A DNA stretch of 64,000 bases from an uncultured Thermoprotei archaeon (lineage in GTDB: Archaea; Thermoproteota; Thermoprotei; QMSL01; B3-G16), in NCBI GenBank assembly GCA_964517845.1, contig CAZFCQ010000006.1, positions 13,817-77,816 on the forward strand, written 5' to 3'. Below are positions 1-10,528 of this stretch, piece after piece (positions within the stretch are counted from its first letter, which is position 1; the number at the start of each line of letters is the position of its first letter). The notes beneath the pieces are model-generated. The model had not been told where the DNA came from, did no database searches, and saw only the letters and a program-made list of their open reading frames with translations. The translations under genes and the position numbers were made by a program.

Positions 1-17
1 TAAACTTCTTAATTCTC

Positions 18-749
18 TCATAGTCTTGCAACCTTTACAAATACCTCTTCTAAATTACTTGCCTGATATTTCTTCTTTAGCTCTGAAGGCGATCCTTTCA
101 CTAAAATTCTTCCCTTATTTAGAATGCAGACTCTATCACAAAGATACTCTACCTCAAGCATATTATGACTTGATACCACGATGGTAGTATTGTATTTCAA
201 AGAGTATTCCCTTATTGTCTTTCTTATGAAGAATGCATGGGAGACGTCTATGCCACTTGTAGGTTCATCAAGAAGCGCTAATTTTGGCTTAATCATGAGG
301 GTTCTCGCTATGAGTAGTCTTCTTAGCATCCCCTTACTATATGTCTTGATTTTATCGTGTAATCTTTCACCTAAGCCCGAAATTTCCATTCCCCTTTTAA
401 TAGTATCTTTTAAATCCTTTTCATCCTTAGCATAAAATGATGCATTAAATCTGAGATACTCAATACCAGTTAGATTCTTATAAGCTCCTGCCTCTTCAGG
501 CAAGTAACCTATAAGCTCTCTTATTTTTCGTGCCTCTTTGATTACATCATAACCGTATACTTTCACTATGCCACTAGTTGGCCTAAGAAGTGTTGCTAAT
601 ATTCTCAGTGTTGTAGTTTTTCCAGCACCATTAGGTCCTATAATCCCAAATATTTCTCCTCTTCTAACACTAAAACTTATCCCATCTAAAGCTCTTATTC
701 CTCCTTTGTAGATCTTAACTAATTTATGAACGTAGACAACTTCTCTCAT
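18..749 (-). CDS. ABC transporter ATP-binding protein (ABC-2 type)
   Basis: 243-aa ORF with Walker A GPNGAGKTTT, ABC signature-like region and Walker B LALLDEPTSGID. Confidence 0.85.
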   Translation of the reverse strand: MREVVYVHKLVKIYKGGIRALDGISFSVRRGEIFGIIGPNGAGKTTTLRILATLLRPTSGIVKVYGYDVIKEARKIRELIGYLPEEAGAYKNLTGIEYLRFNASFYAKDEKDLKDTIKRGMEISGLGERLHDKIKTYSKGMLRRLLIARTLMIKPKLALLDEPTSGIDVSHAFFIRKTIREYSLKYNTTIVVSSHNMLEVEYLCDRVCILNKGRILVKGSPSELKKKYQASNLEEVFVKVARL

Positions 750-869
750 ACTGCCTCCTCCAATATAGGTGTAAGATTAACATGTAAGTCTTAACTCAGC
801 TAGGTTACCTATTCCATTCGGCTTTATTCCCTATTTGGGCAAATATTTCTATGTATTATAGTAAACTTA

Positions 870-886
870 ATTAAATTAGCTAATAG
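870..886 (+). promoter_or_regulatory. Putative archaeal TATA box (agtttatttatagag) about 25 nt upstream of the 899 start; implies a leaderless transcript
   Basis: AT-rich TTTATA-like element at the spacing typical for Sulfolobales promoters; seen in sequence only. Confidence 0.3.
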
Positions 887-898
887 TTTATTTATAGA

Positions 899-2014
899 GT
901 GAACTATATGATACCGATAAATAAGCCAATAATAGGCGAAGAAGAGATCAGAGCAGTCATAGATGTCCTTAAATCAGGAAGATTAACAAATCCCAGTCCT
1001 GAAGGAGGACAGAAGGTTAGGGAATTCGAACAAGAATTCAGTAAGTTTATAGGCGTTAAACATGCTATTGCTGTAAATTCAGGTACTTCAGCACTTTATG
1101 CAGCTCTTTTAGCTGGAGGAGTAGGGCCTGGAGATGAAGTCATAGTGCCAGCGTTTACTTTTGTAGCTACAGCTAATGTAGTGCTTATGGTAGGAGCTAA
1201 ACCTGTCTTCGCAGATATAGATTTGGCAACATATAATATAAGCATAGAAGATATCAAGAGGAAAATAACTAACAGGACAAAAGCGATAATACCAGTACAT
1301 CTCTATGGACTCACAGCAGATATGGATCCTATAATGGAGATAGCTGAAGAGCATAATCTCCTAGTAATTGAAGATGCATGTCAAGCACATGGAGCAGAAT
1401 ATAAGGGAAAGAAGGCAGGTTCTTTAGGACATATGGCGGCATTTAGTTTTTATCCAAGTAAGATAATAACGACAGGTGAAGGAGGAATTATCACTACGAA
1501 TGATGAGGAATTAGCAGAAAAATTAAGAATGATAAGAACTCATGGTCAGGTTAAAGGGTACGACAGTATAATTCTTGGTGCTAACTTAAGGATGACAGAG
1601 ATCTCAGCTGCTATAGGAGTAGTGCAGATGAAGCGCATTAGAGAGTTCTTAAGGATAAGGAGAAGAAATGCTAAGATATTAACTCAGGAGCTTAATGAAG
1701 TCGAAGGATTATCCCTTCCTATTGAACCTGAGGGATATCTACATAATTGGTATTTGTACACGGTAAGAATAGAGAAAAAGAATAGAGATCAAGTTTTAAT
1801 GGCTTTAAGGAAAAATGGGATAGGAACGGTAGCTTATTATCCAACACCTTTACACAAGCTACCCCTATACAGTAATTTAGGATATGGTCATGAAAGATTA
1901 GTAAATTCAGAGTACGCTGCTAAGACTGTACTTTCCCTACCAGTACATCCGTTAGTTACAGAAGAGCAAATAACGTACGTAGCTTCTACATTAAAGAAAA
2001 TATTGAAAGATTAA
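899..2014 (+). CDS. DegT/DnrJ/EryC1/StrS family PLP-dependent sugar aminotransferase
   Basis: 371 aa; N-terminal INKPIIGEEEI, SGTSALYAALLA, and a PLP-lysine region FSFYPSKIITTGEGG typical of the family. Confidence 0.85.
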   Translation: MNYMIPINKPIIGEEEIRAVIDVLKSGRLTNPSPEGGQKVREFEQEFSKFIGVKHAIAVNSGTSALYAALLAGGVGPGDEVIVPAFTFVATANVVLMVGAKPVFADIDLATYNISIEDIKRKITNRTKAIIPVHLYGLTADMDPIMEIAEEHNLLVIEDACQAHGAEYKGKKAGSLGHMAAFSFYPSKIITTGEGGIITTNDEELAEKLRMIRTHGQVKGYDSIILGANLRMTEISAAIGVVQMKRIREFLRIRRRNAKILTQELNEVEGLSLPIEPEGYLHNWYLYTVRIEKKNRDQVLMALRKNGIGTVAYYPTPLHKLPLYSNLGYGHERLVNSEYAAKTVLSLPVHPLVTEEQITYVASTLKKILKD

Positions 2015-2021
2015 AATTCCT

Positions 2022-2870
2022 TTAAGAGATAGAAGTCAACAATTTAAGTGAGGAAGCGGTGTCTCTTAGCATCTTTTCTGGAAAGAGCCTATAAGGTGTA
2101 AGTTCAGCTGTCAGATAATCATTGTAGCCTATTTCCTTCAGGGCTTTTATAACCTCAATCCAATTTACATCGCCTTGAAAGAGATGGACTACGGAGCGTA
2201 ACCTTTCACTATAATCTTTTACATGAACTTTAACTATACGCTTACCGAGAATCCTAATCCAGTCTTGAGGATATCCTTGCCTTAAAATGAGGACGTTACC
2301 TACGTCAAAATATGCCTTTACATAATCACTATTGAATGAATCTACAAAATCACGCATCTCAAGAGGGCTTAATAGGAATCTATTGCCTACATTCTCTATC
2401 GCTAAAATGACATTCATTTCTTCTGCAAGCTTAACTACCCTACTTAATGACTCTTTCGATCTCTCTAGGGCTTCTATATAACTCACATTTTCAGTAACTA
2501 CACCAGGGACTACTAATAATGCGCTTGCACCTAATATCGATGCAGCTTTAATGCCTTTTTCTAGCACCTTAATGCCTTTTTCTCTAACATTCTTCTCAGG
2601 ACTTGTTAAAGGATATTTCCAGAGCAATCCACCCATTATGCTATGAACTTCAATTCCTACAGATTTCACGATTGAGGAGATCTTTCTAGCATCTTCTTCG
2701 ATATTTTCTACTCGCAATATTCCTCGAGATGTAGGAAGAGAGGATACAGGTGACTCTTCAGATATTCTTATCTCAATACCATCAAAGCCAGCTTCCTTGT
2801 AGGCTTCAAATTGTTTTTCTAAATTAGAAGGAGACCAATAATAGAACACCATGCCGACCTTCATTCGCAA
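2022..2870 (-). CDS. Sugar phosphate isomerase/epimerase (xylose isomerase-like TIM barrel)
   Basis: 282 aa; AP-endonuclease-2/xylose-isomerase-like TIM-barrel pattern (EIRI, HSIMGG, LAIENV); first of three paralogs in the window. Confidence 0.65.
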   Translation of the reverse strand: MRMKVGMVFYYWSPSNLEKQFEAYKEAGFDGIEIRISEESPVSSLPTSRGILRVENIEEDARKISSIVKSVGIEVHSIMGGLLWKYPLTSPEKNVREKGIKVLEKGIKAASILGASALLVVPGVVTENVSYIEALERSKESLSRVVKLAEEMNVILAIENVGNRFLLSPLEMRDFVDSFNSDYVKAYFDVGNVLILRQGYPQDWIRILGKRIVKVHVKDYSERLRSVVHLFQGDVNWIEVIKALKEIGYNDYLTAELTPYRLFPEKMLRDTASSLKLLTSIS

Positions 2871-3005
2871 ACACCAGTATATAAATTCGAACTCCCAAAT
2901 TTATTTACTAATTACTATGAACTGGTCCTAACGATGGTCATACTCTAGCATGGATTAACTAATTCATGGCAAGCTACTAATGAAAGAAAGGTCTAGACTT
3001 ATTTA

Positions 3006-4199
3006 TTAATATACACTATTAGGCTCGTTATATTTGCTATAAGAAAGCATTATTATGAAAGGAAGAGCCATTACATTAGCTAAGCCCGCTAAGAAGAAGA
3101 CTCCTCTCTTATATCCTATCTGCCATAAATATCCCCCTATAAGAGGAGACGCTATTGATCCAAAGCCTACTAATGTATCTGCTAGACCATTTGTAGTAGC
3201 GACTAAATCCTCCGATGCATAAATTGATAGTAATGCTCTTCTAGAAGGCATATCAAGCGAAAATGTAAAACCAAATAACACCATCAGTATCATAACATCT
3301 ACAATTCCTCTTGAATAGCTATATGCTATATATAATAGGCATATTAGCGCAATATGAAGGGCTAAGAGCTTACTTCCTCCTATACGATCTGCTAGTCTAC
3401 CACTTATAACTTGGGAAATCATCTGAGATATATTCCTTAACCCAAGCAAAGAGCTTATAACGCTTTCCTTAAGCAGAAGTATATCCTTAGCAAAAAGCAC
3501 TATAAATGGGACTGCTATAAAGCTAGCACAATCATGCAGTACCAGAGTTGCGATTAGCAATTTTAACTGCCTCCTCCTTCTTAGAAGTACTCTTAGTTTG
3601 TCAATACTCTTATTCAGGCTTCTCTCGCTATTAGATAATGGTATTAATGGTAAGAACAGCATAGCTACTATTGCTGAAATAATGTAAGAAGATGCGCCTA
3701 AAATATACACGCTTCCATATCCAAATTCCTCTACTAGGTGCCCTGATATGAATGTTCCTAATGTGCCTAATACTTGACTTGCAAGGTAGTACAGACTATA
3801 AGCCGTTGCCCTATGAGAAGTACTTGAGGAATAAGCCACTAAGGAAATTGCTGTCTGTCCGAAAAAGCTTATAGAGAAACCATAAAGTAATATGAGAGTT
3901 ATAAGAAGTATATGATGATCAACTAATGGAATTGTAAATACTATAAAGCTATTAATTATGAGTGAAATAATGATCAGCATTTTCTTATTAACAGAATCGC
4001 ATACTATGCCTGCTGGTAAAGCCAATATAGCGGGTATTATAAAAAATATGCTTGATGATAATCCTATAGTAATATAAGAGAGTCCCTTCTTCTCAAGATA
4101 GATTACAAATAATGTTTGCCAAAGAGCACTACCAAAGGAGCTTATGGCAGTTACTATGATCAATGTACTCATTATATTACTTTTTATTCTAGAGGGCAT
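3006..4199 (-). CDS. MFS transporter
   Basis: 397 aa, ~12 predicted TM helices, GRLADRIG loop motif between TM2 and TM3. Confidence 0.75.
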   Translation of the reverse strand: MPSRIKSNIMSTLIIVTAISSFGSALWQTLFVIYLEKKGLSYITIGLSSSIFFIIPAILALPAGIVCDSVNKKMLIIISLIINSFIVFTIPLVDHHILLITLILLYGFSISFFGQTAISLVAYSSSTSHRATAYSLYYLASQVLGTLGTFISGHLVEEFGYGSVYILGASSYIISAIVAMLFLPLIPLSNSERSLNKSIDKLRVLLRRRRQLKLLIATLVLHDCASFIAVPFIVLFAKDILLLKESVISSLLGLRNISQMISQVISGRLADRIGGSKLLALHIALICLLYIAYSYSRGIVDVMILMVLFGFTFSLDMPSRRALLSIYASEDLVATTNGLADTLVGFGSIASPLIGGYLWQIGYKRGVFFLAGLANVMALPFIIMLSYSKYNEPNSVY

Positions 4200-4399
4200 C
4201 GGGAATAGAAAATAGACTTTTACCCTTTGTAAAGTTTTCTATTATACGTTTATACTCACCCCGTTAACTATGCTCATCTAACAATACTTTAGAAGTTTAT
4301 ATGGTATGGAATTATACACACTTTGTTGATTGTACGAGTCTGTCCTTAATAATTAAACTTATAAGTACTTTGATAAATCTCTTCCAGTCGGTGAATTAA

Positions 4400-5494
4400 A
4401 TGCAATACTGTATCGGTAAGGAGGAACTTAATTTCTTTAAAGAACTAAGCGAGGCCTTTGGGCCTCCAGGCTTTGAGGATGAAGTAATGACGTTAGTAAA
4501 GGAATATGCTACATCATTTGCTGATGAAATAAGGAGGGATAATTTAGGTTCTTTAGTCTTAGTTAAGAAAGGAGCGTCTGAAACGCCTAAAGTAGTCATT
4601 GCTGGACATGCCGATGAAGTAGGTTTTATAGTTTCAGGGATAACAAAGGAGGGGTACATCAAATTCCTTCCATTAGGTGGTTGGTGGGATCAAGTTCTAT
4701 TAGCTCAAAGGGTTGTAATCCGAACTAATAAAGGATATGTCTATGGTGTTATATCATCTAAGCCACCACACTTACTTAAAGAGGAAGAAAGAGGAAAAGT
4801 TGTAAAGATAGATAGTATGTTCATAGATGTAGGTGCAACAAGTAAGGAAGATGTTGAAAGGTTAGGTGTACGCATTGGGGATCCTATAACTCCTTGGTCA
4901 CCATTTATGAAATCAAATACTGAAAATACAGTCTTTGGGAAAGCTTTCGATGATAGAGTTGGAGTTTTTATGGCAGTCGAAACTCTAAGAGTTCTCTCTG
5001 AAAATAACCTTAAACATCCTAATACTCTCATGGCTGTAATTACAGTTCAGGAAGAAGTAGGACTTAGAGGAGCTCAAACTTCAGCGTACGTAACGGAACC
5101 TGATGTAGCACTCATCGCTGAAGTAGATATAGCGGGTGATGTACCTGGAATCTCCCCTTATGAAGCTCCCTCAAAGCTTGGTAGAGGGCCATCAATAGTT
5201 ACGTATGATAGTACTATGATACCTAACCAAAGACTTAAAGAATTTATAATCAATGTAGCTGAAGAAACGGGAACGCCCTATCAATTATCAATAATTCCAA
5301 GGGGAGGAACTGATGCTGGACGTTTCCACTTATATAGGACTGGTAGACCTAGCATCGTCATAGGTGTTCCTACAAGGAATATACATTCTCATATAAGTGT
5401 ATTACATATAAAAGACTTAGAGAACGCTGTTAAATTACTAGCAGAAAGTGTGTTACGCTTAAACAAAGAGGTCTTAAAGAAACTTCTTCCATGA
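4400..5494 (+). CDS. M42 family metallo-aminopeptidase (TET/FrvX-like)
   Basis: 364 aa; G-EDEVMTLVKEY start, AGHADEVGF, FDDRVG and GGTDAG motifs characteristic of the M42 family. Confidence 0.8.
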   Translation: MQYCIGKEELNFFKELSEAFGPPGFEDEVMTLVKEYATSFADEIRRDNLGSLVLVKKGASETPKVVIAGHADEVGFIVSGITKEGYIKFLPLGGWWDQVLLAQRVVIRTNKGYVYGVISSKPPHLLKEEERGKVVKIDSMFIDVGATSKEDVERLGVRIGDPITPWSPFMKSNTENTVFGKAFDDRVGVFMAVETLRVLSENNLKHPNTLMAVITVQEEVGLRGAQTSAYVTEPDVALIAEVDIAGDVPGISPYEAPSKLGRGPSIVTYDSTMIPNQRLKEFIINVAEETGTPYQLSIIPRGGTDAGRFHLYRTGRPSIVIGVPTRNIHSHISVLHIKDLENAVKLLAESVLRLNKEVLKKLLP

Positions 5495-5496
5495 CC

Positions 5497-6180
5497 TCAT
5501 ATAGGTTCTAATTCTAAAGCACAAGCACCGTATAGTTTTTCTTTCTCCTTTCTGTAGAATTTACGATAAACTTTGATACCCTCTTCTAAATTCTGAATAC
5601 CTGGTAATACATTTGAAATCCCTTCCCTCATTAGTAAATCCTTGAAGGAGGAGTACACTCTTATGCCTTTAACTATGAAATATGCTTCTAATTTATTACT
5701 ACTTACCATTCTTATGTGATCTCTCTCACAGATTTTTCTCCTTTTTTCATCATAAAGCCTTCCCTCAATTATCTTCCTCCCCTCTATTAGGTCCCAAAAA
5801 TATTTCTCATCTATATGCATAGTGTGAATTCTTTTTACTTTGATATTGTTTGTTAGATCAAACCCTTCACCGACCTTTATTTTAGTGCTATTAATTAGGA
5901 TTTCATCACGTTTAGGATTAGGTTGTAAGATGAAATCCGCTTCTATAGCTCCTTTTCTGCCTATGAACATAGTCTTATCAGCTATAATCAGTAAACCGCC
6001 TGAGAGAAACTTTGCAGAGATCCTCTTAGTGGGCTCTATCTGATGTATAATCTGTTTGCTATAGAGATTAAACTCTATGTAGATATGAACTTTTGTAGTA
6101 CATGAAGTTATATTAATGCATATTGCTTCACTTCTATGATTTATATAGAATTTAAGACCACCATTGTAAATCAATATCAT
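5497..6180 (-). CDS. Hypothetical protein, possible ASCH/PUA-like fold
   Basis: 227-aa ORF; C-terminal half (EKYFWDLIEGRKIIEGRL...YFIVKGIRVY) resembles the ASCH domain; weak. Confidence 0.35.
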   Translation of the reverse strand: MILIYNGGLKFYINHRSEAICINITSCTTKVHIYIEFNLYSKQIIHQIEPTKRISAKFLSGGLLIIADKTMFIGRKGAIEADFILQPNPKRDEILINSTKIKVGEGFDLTNNIKVKRIHTMHIDEKYFWDLIEGRKIIEGRLYDEKRRKICERDHIRMVSSNKLEAYFIVKGIRVYSSFKDLLMREGISNVLPGIQNLEEGIKVYRKFYRKEKEKLYGACALELEPI

Positions 6181-6488
6181 GATCTCTACACTCGTTAATA
6201 TATCGTGCCTTATGGTACTTATCTACTCTGGCATTATTGCCAGTATACATTTACGTTATTATCTTTATGATAGTGTACAGTTACTTTTTGCGCTAACTTC
6301 ATGTCAAGAAGCTCTCTAAGGACTGTGTAATGAAGAGCGTTAAATTTAAGTACTTCCTTCTTCCTCTAGAAGAGAATGAGTCACATTAAGGGTGAGGTCT
6401 AATCGAGTCTAAAAGTGATATATTAAATTTAGTATACTTTCCAAAATTCGAAGAAATACCTTCGAATATAAAAGCCGCCCTTTCTAAT

Positions 6489-8615
6489 GTGTTATATAAA
6501 GAGGAGGAAATAGTAGCAATAGTAAGAAGCGACATAAAACATAATATAGCTTACGGTAATGAATACCTAGTATTAACGAATAAACGTCTATTAGTAATAT
6601 CTGAGGACACATTAGTCAAAGATATCCCTCTAAAGAAGATTAATATGGCTTCTATGAAAGGAAACCTTGGTATATGCGTCTTAGTAGTCGATACTTGTGA
6701 TGGCCCTAAGAACGTTTTATACTTCTCTAGAACACGAAAAGGCGACTTTAAGAAAGTAATAACCCTAATAAACGATCTAACACTTAACCAGATCCCTGTT
6801 TCTGAAATTAAAAAATATCTGGGTGAAATACTCCAGAAAAGGCAGTTAAGTAGAAATAAGAGGGCTATTCTCTTAAGATTACTAGGTTTTTTAAGGCCCT
6901 TTTTGCATTTAGTAATTCTCACTTTTACTATTGCAATAATATCAAGAGTCCTAAGCCTTCTTCCTCCTTATCTAATGGCCATTCTCATAGACAAAGTACT
7001 CATACCTCGAACTAACTTTGATTTACTCGTCAAGATTATCTTAGCTTTACTAGGCATTCATATAACTACTATGTTACTGAACATCCTCTCTGGTTACTTA
7101 GATCTAAAGTTACGCTTAGGACTTACTACAAGCTTAAGAGCTAAACTTTATGAGAAGCTTCAGATACTTTCTCTAAGCTTTTATGATAAATACTCTACTG
7201 GAAGAATTATCTCAAGAGTATCAAGTGATGTGAACCATATCAATAACTTCCTAGTAATGGGAGTAGGTGCTATGCTCTTAGACGTCATAGTCATAATTTC
7301 TATAGGTGTAATCCTAATTACATTGAATCCTTGGCTTACATTAATAGCGTTAACACCTCTACCTATCTCGTTATTAGGTACAGCTATTTACAAAAAGTAT
7401 GCTTCAAAGTATTATCATAGACTATGGAAACGCTGGTCAGATATAGTCTCATTACTTTCAGAGACTGTCTCAGCGTTTATTCTAGTTAAGTCCTTTGGTA
7501 AGGAACGTCATATGGTATACAAATTTAGAGAGAGATTAGGGAAGTTTATTGATGCAAATATGGATGTGTTTAAATATAATCAGAAGATTTGGCCAGCTAT
7601 AGGCCTCTCCTTTACCATCAGTAGTCTCCTTATATGGTGGCTTGGTGGCCTTCAAGTACTCCAAGGTACATTAACCTTGGGTGCACTAACAGCTTTTACT
7701 AGTTACATGTGGAGTTTCTATAGGCCAATAAACGATTTCTTCGCACAAGTTCGTAGTATACCTGGAGCTGTAGCTTCTGGTGAAAGGATATTTGAAGTTC
7801 TTGATCTAGAGCCTGATGTAAAGGAGAATCCAAAAGCTAAAGAGATCGATATTAAAGGTGCTATAGAATTTAAGGATGTCTGGTTTACGTATGATGGTAT
7901 ATATTATGCCCTCAGAGGAGTGAATTTAAAGATCAAGCCTGGTGAGCACATAGGTGTTGTAGGTCCTAGTGGCTCAGGTAAGACTACCTTAGTGAAGCTA
8001 ATTCTGAGACTATACGATCCCCAGAGAGGTAAAGTGCTTATTGATGGAATTGATATAAAGGACGTTAAACTTGAGTCACTTAAGAAACAGGTAGCTATAG
8101 TACTACAAAATCCTATACTCTTTGATACAACTATTGCTGAGAATATAGCCTTAGGTAAAGAGGATGCAACATTAGAAGAAATCATAGCAGCAGCAAAGGC
8201 AGCTAACGCTCATAGCTTTATAATGAAGCTTCCTGAAGCTTATGATACTAAAGTTGGTTCACGAGGAAAGCGGCTCTCAGGAGGAGAGAGGCAGAGAATA
8301 GCTATAGCCTCAGCTATTCTTAAGGATCCCAAAATACTAATACTTGATGAACCTACATCTTCTCTTGATGCCATAGCGGAGAAAGAGGTCTCTGAAGCTA
8401 TAGATAATCTAACAAGAGGCAAAACTACTATAATAATCGCTCATAGATTGTCTACATTAAGAAGTGTAAATAAAATAATAGTCCTAGATCGGGGCGCTAT
8501 AGTCGAAGAAGGAACCCATGAGGAGTTATTAAAGAGGCAGGGACTCTATAAGAAGCTCTTTGATGCTCAGTTTGAAGGATTCGTAAGGCCTACTCCTATG
8601 CCTATAAGGAGGTAG
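6489..8615 (+). CDS. ABC exporter, fused permease-ATPase (MsbA/type I exporter-like) with an N-terminal bPH/GRAM-like domain
   Basis: 708 aa; ~120 N-terminal aa (YLVLTNKRLLVISED) resemble a bacterial PH domain. They are followed by a 6-TM block, Walker A GPSGSGKTT, signature LSGGERQR and Walker B ILILDEPTSSLD. Confidence 0.85.
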   Translation: MLYKEEEIVAIVRSDIKHNIAYGNEYLVLTNKRLLVISEDTLVKDIPLKKINMASMKGNLGICVLVVDTCDGPKNVLYFSRTRKGDFKKVITLINDLTLNQIPVSEIKKYLGEILQKRQLSRNKRAILLRLLGFLRPFLHLVILTFTIAIISRVLSLLPPYLMAILIDKVLIPRTNFDLLVKIILALLGIHITTMLLNILSGYLDLKLRLGLTTSLRAKLYEKLQILSLSFYDKYSTGRIISRVSSDVNHINNFLVMGVGAMLLDVIVIISIGVILITLNPWLTLIALTPLPISLLGTAIYKKYASKYYHRLWKRWSDIVSLLSETVSAFILVKSFGKERHMVYKFRERLGKFIDANMDVFKYNQKIWPAIGLSFTISSLLIWWLGGLQVLQGTLTLGALTAFTSYMWSFYRPINDFFAQVRSIPGAVASGERIFEVLDLEPDVKENPKAKEIDIKGAIEFKDVWFTYDGIYYALRGVNLKIKPGEHIGVVGPSGSGKTTLVKLILRLYDPQRGKVLIDGIDIKDVKLESLKKQVAIVLQNPILFDTTIAENIALGKEDATLEEIIAAAKAANAHSFIMKLPEAYDTKVGSRGKRLSGGERQRIAIASAILKDPKILILDEPTSSLDAIAEKEVSEAIDNLTRGKTTIIIAHRLSTLRSVNKIIVLDRGAIVEEGTHEELLKRQGLYKKLFDAQFEGFVRPTPMPIRR

Positions 8616-8623
8616 TCCTGGTA

Positions 8624-9124
8624 ATGAAGAGCCTTAAGGACTGGATCAAATCTCTTAACATTATAGACCCTAAGGATATCAAAGTGATAGCTGTTAGCGG
8701 TGATACTATTGATATAAAAATAGGTAATAAGGTATATCAAAATGTCAAACCGAAGAGACCCTTTCCTTATACTCATCCTGAGTATATAATACTCACAGTA
8801 GGAGACGAAGAGGAAATAGGTATAATTAAGGACTACCGAAAATTAGATAAGAGGTCAAGAAAGCTCTTAGAGAGAGCGCTAGAAGTCCTATATTTCATGC
8901 CTAAAATAAAGAAAATATTAAGCATAAGAACTACTGGTTGGTTATACGAGTGGAATGTAGAGACAGACAAGGGAAGTACCTCGTTTAATACCTATAGCAG
9001 ATGTATACGTTTTATAACAGATAAGAAAGTGGTAATCTACGATATTCATGGTAATGTCTACTGTATTGAAGATATTCACAAACTTGATACTCGTAGTCTT
9101 ATGCTACTTAGCTTCATGATGTAG
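8624..9124 (+). CDS. Hypothetical protein, translationally coupled to the ABC exporter
   Basis: 166-aa ORF starting 8 nt after the exporter stop; no recognisable motif. Confidence 0.5.
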   Translation: MKSLKDWIKSLNIIDPKDIKVIAVSGDTIDIKIGNKVYQNVKPKRPFPYTHPEYIILTVGDEEEIGIIKDYRKLDKRSRKLLERALEVLYFMPKIKKILSIRTTGWLYEWNVETDKGSTSFNTYSRCIRFITDKKVVIYDIHGNVYCIEDIHKLDTRSLMLLSFMM

Positions 9125-9135
9125 AATCTTAGAAT

Positions 9136-10419
9136 TTAACCACTTTTTGTTAGCTCATCTAGTATTTCTTTAGCTCTATCTAGTCTTATCTTTCCTTCCT
9201 TTATCATTCTTTCAACTATTATGTCTATTAGCTTACCTTTGGCTCCTGCAGCTATCGCTATATTTCTAGCATGAAGCTTCATGTGGCCTTTTTGGATACC
9301 TTCAGTAGCAAGTGCCTTTAATGCTGCTAAGTTATTTGCTAACCCTACTGAGACCATTACCTCCGCTAATTCATTAGCAGTTTTAACACCTAATATCTTC
9401 AAGGCTACCTTCGCTAATGGATTTGATCTCGTAGCTCCACCTACTATGCCCACAGCAATAGGCATCTCTAGGCATCCTTTAAGATTGCCTTCCTTAGTTT
9501 TTTCCCATGTACTTAATGGTAAGTATTTACCTGAGAGAGCAGCATAGGCGTGTGCTCCTGCTTCTAGAGCTCGTGTATCATTCCCAGTAGCTAGAGCCAC
9601 AGCTATCACTCCATTCATTATCCCTTTATTATGAGTCGCTGCTCTATAAGGATCTGCGGCTGCAAATGCATATGCATAAAGTATAGCATCGACAACTTCC
9701 TCTCCTCCTAGAACTTCCTTAGGCACTATGCACTCAGCTCGTGCAAGCCTTTTAACAGCTAAATTGGACACGATTCTGAGGTATACTCTACCCCCTGTTA
9801 TTTTCTCAATATACGGTGCTACAGCCTCCGCCATTGTATTAACTATATTAGCACCCATAGCGTCTCTTACATCTACAAGTAAATGTACTATTAACATAGA
9901 TCCTTTAATGCTATTAATAGTCCTAACTTCTAAATCCTTAGCTCCTCCACCCAGTTTTACTAATAAAGGATCTTTTTCATTTGCTATCTCTAATATCTTA
10001 TCTTTCTCACCTATTATGGTTTCTTTAGCTTCCTCAAGATCTTTAACGCCTACAAGCTGTATTTGCCCTATCATAATAGGTGGAGTTGTACTAGCCTTAA
10101 ATCCTCCCCCTTGTCTAACCATCTTTGCTGCGTTGCTCGCGGCAGCTACTACAGATGGTTCCTCTATTACCATAGGTACTAAGTAGTCTTTTTCATTTAT
10201 CAAAAAGTTCGTTGCAATAGCAAAGGGTAAATGGAAGACGCCTATAACGTTTTCTATCATTCTGTCTGCTAGGTCTATAGGTAAGCTACCCGTGTTTAGT
10301 AATAGCCCAACTTCTTCATCCGTCAACTCAGCAAGCTCTTTTAGTATTTTAAGCCGCTCAATTATTGGGAGCTTATAGAAGCCTGGAAGTCGCGAGGTCT
10401 TATTCATACTTCTAATCAC
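9136..10419 (-). CDS. hmgA: 3-hydroxy-3-methylglutaryl-CoA reductase (class I, archaeal)
   Basis: 427 aa; conserved EEPSVVAAASN, DAMGANIVN, GTVGG-like (IVGGATR) and HMKLHARN regions of HMG-CoA reductases. Confidence 0.9.
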   Translation of the reverse strand: MIRSMNKTSRLPGFYKLPIIERLKILKELAELTDEEVGLLLNTGSLPIDLADRMIENVIGVFHLPFAIATNFLINEKDYLVPMVIEEPSVVAAASNAAKMVRQGGGFKASTTPPIMIGQIQLVGVKDLEEAKETIIGEKDKILEIANEKDPLLVKLGGGAKDLEVRTINSIKGSMLIVHLLVDVRDAMGANIVNTMAEAVAPYIEKITGGRVYLRIVSNLAVKRLARAECIVPKEVLGGEEVVDAILYAYAFAAADPYRAATHNKGIMNGVIAVALATGNDTRALEAGAHAYAALSGKYLPLSTWEKTKEGNLKGCLEMPIAVGIVGGATRSNPLAKVALKILGVKTANELAEVMVSVGLANNLAALKALATEGIQKGHMKLHARNIAIAAGAKGKLIDIIVERMIKEGKIRLDRAKEILDELTKSG

Positions 10420-10528
10420 CTTTTTATTCCTATCCTTCTTTTTGCTTTAAAGTATTAAGAATGAGCTTAATAATGGTGGAAATAGGTTTGATTATAGAAA
10501 AGAAAAAAGGGGAATTGTCTTTAGAATT

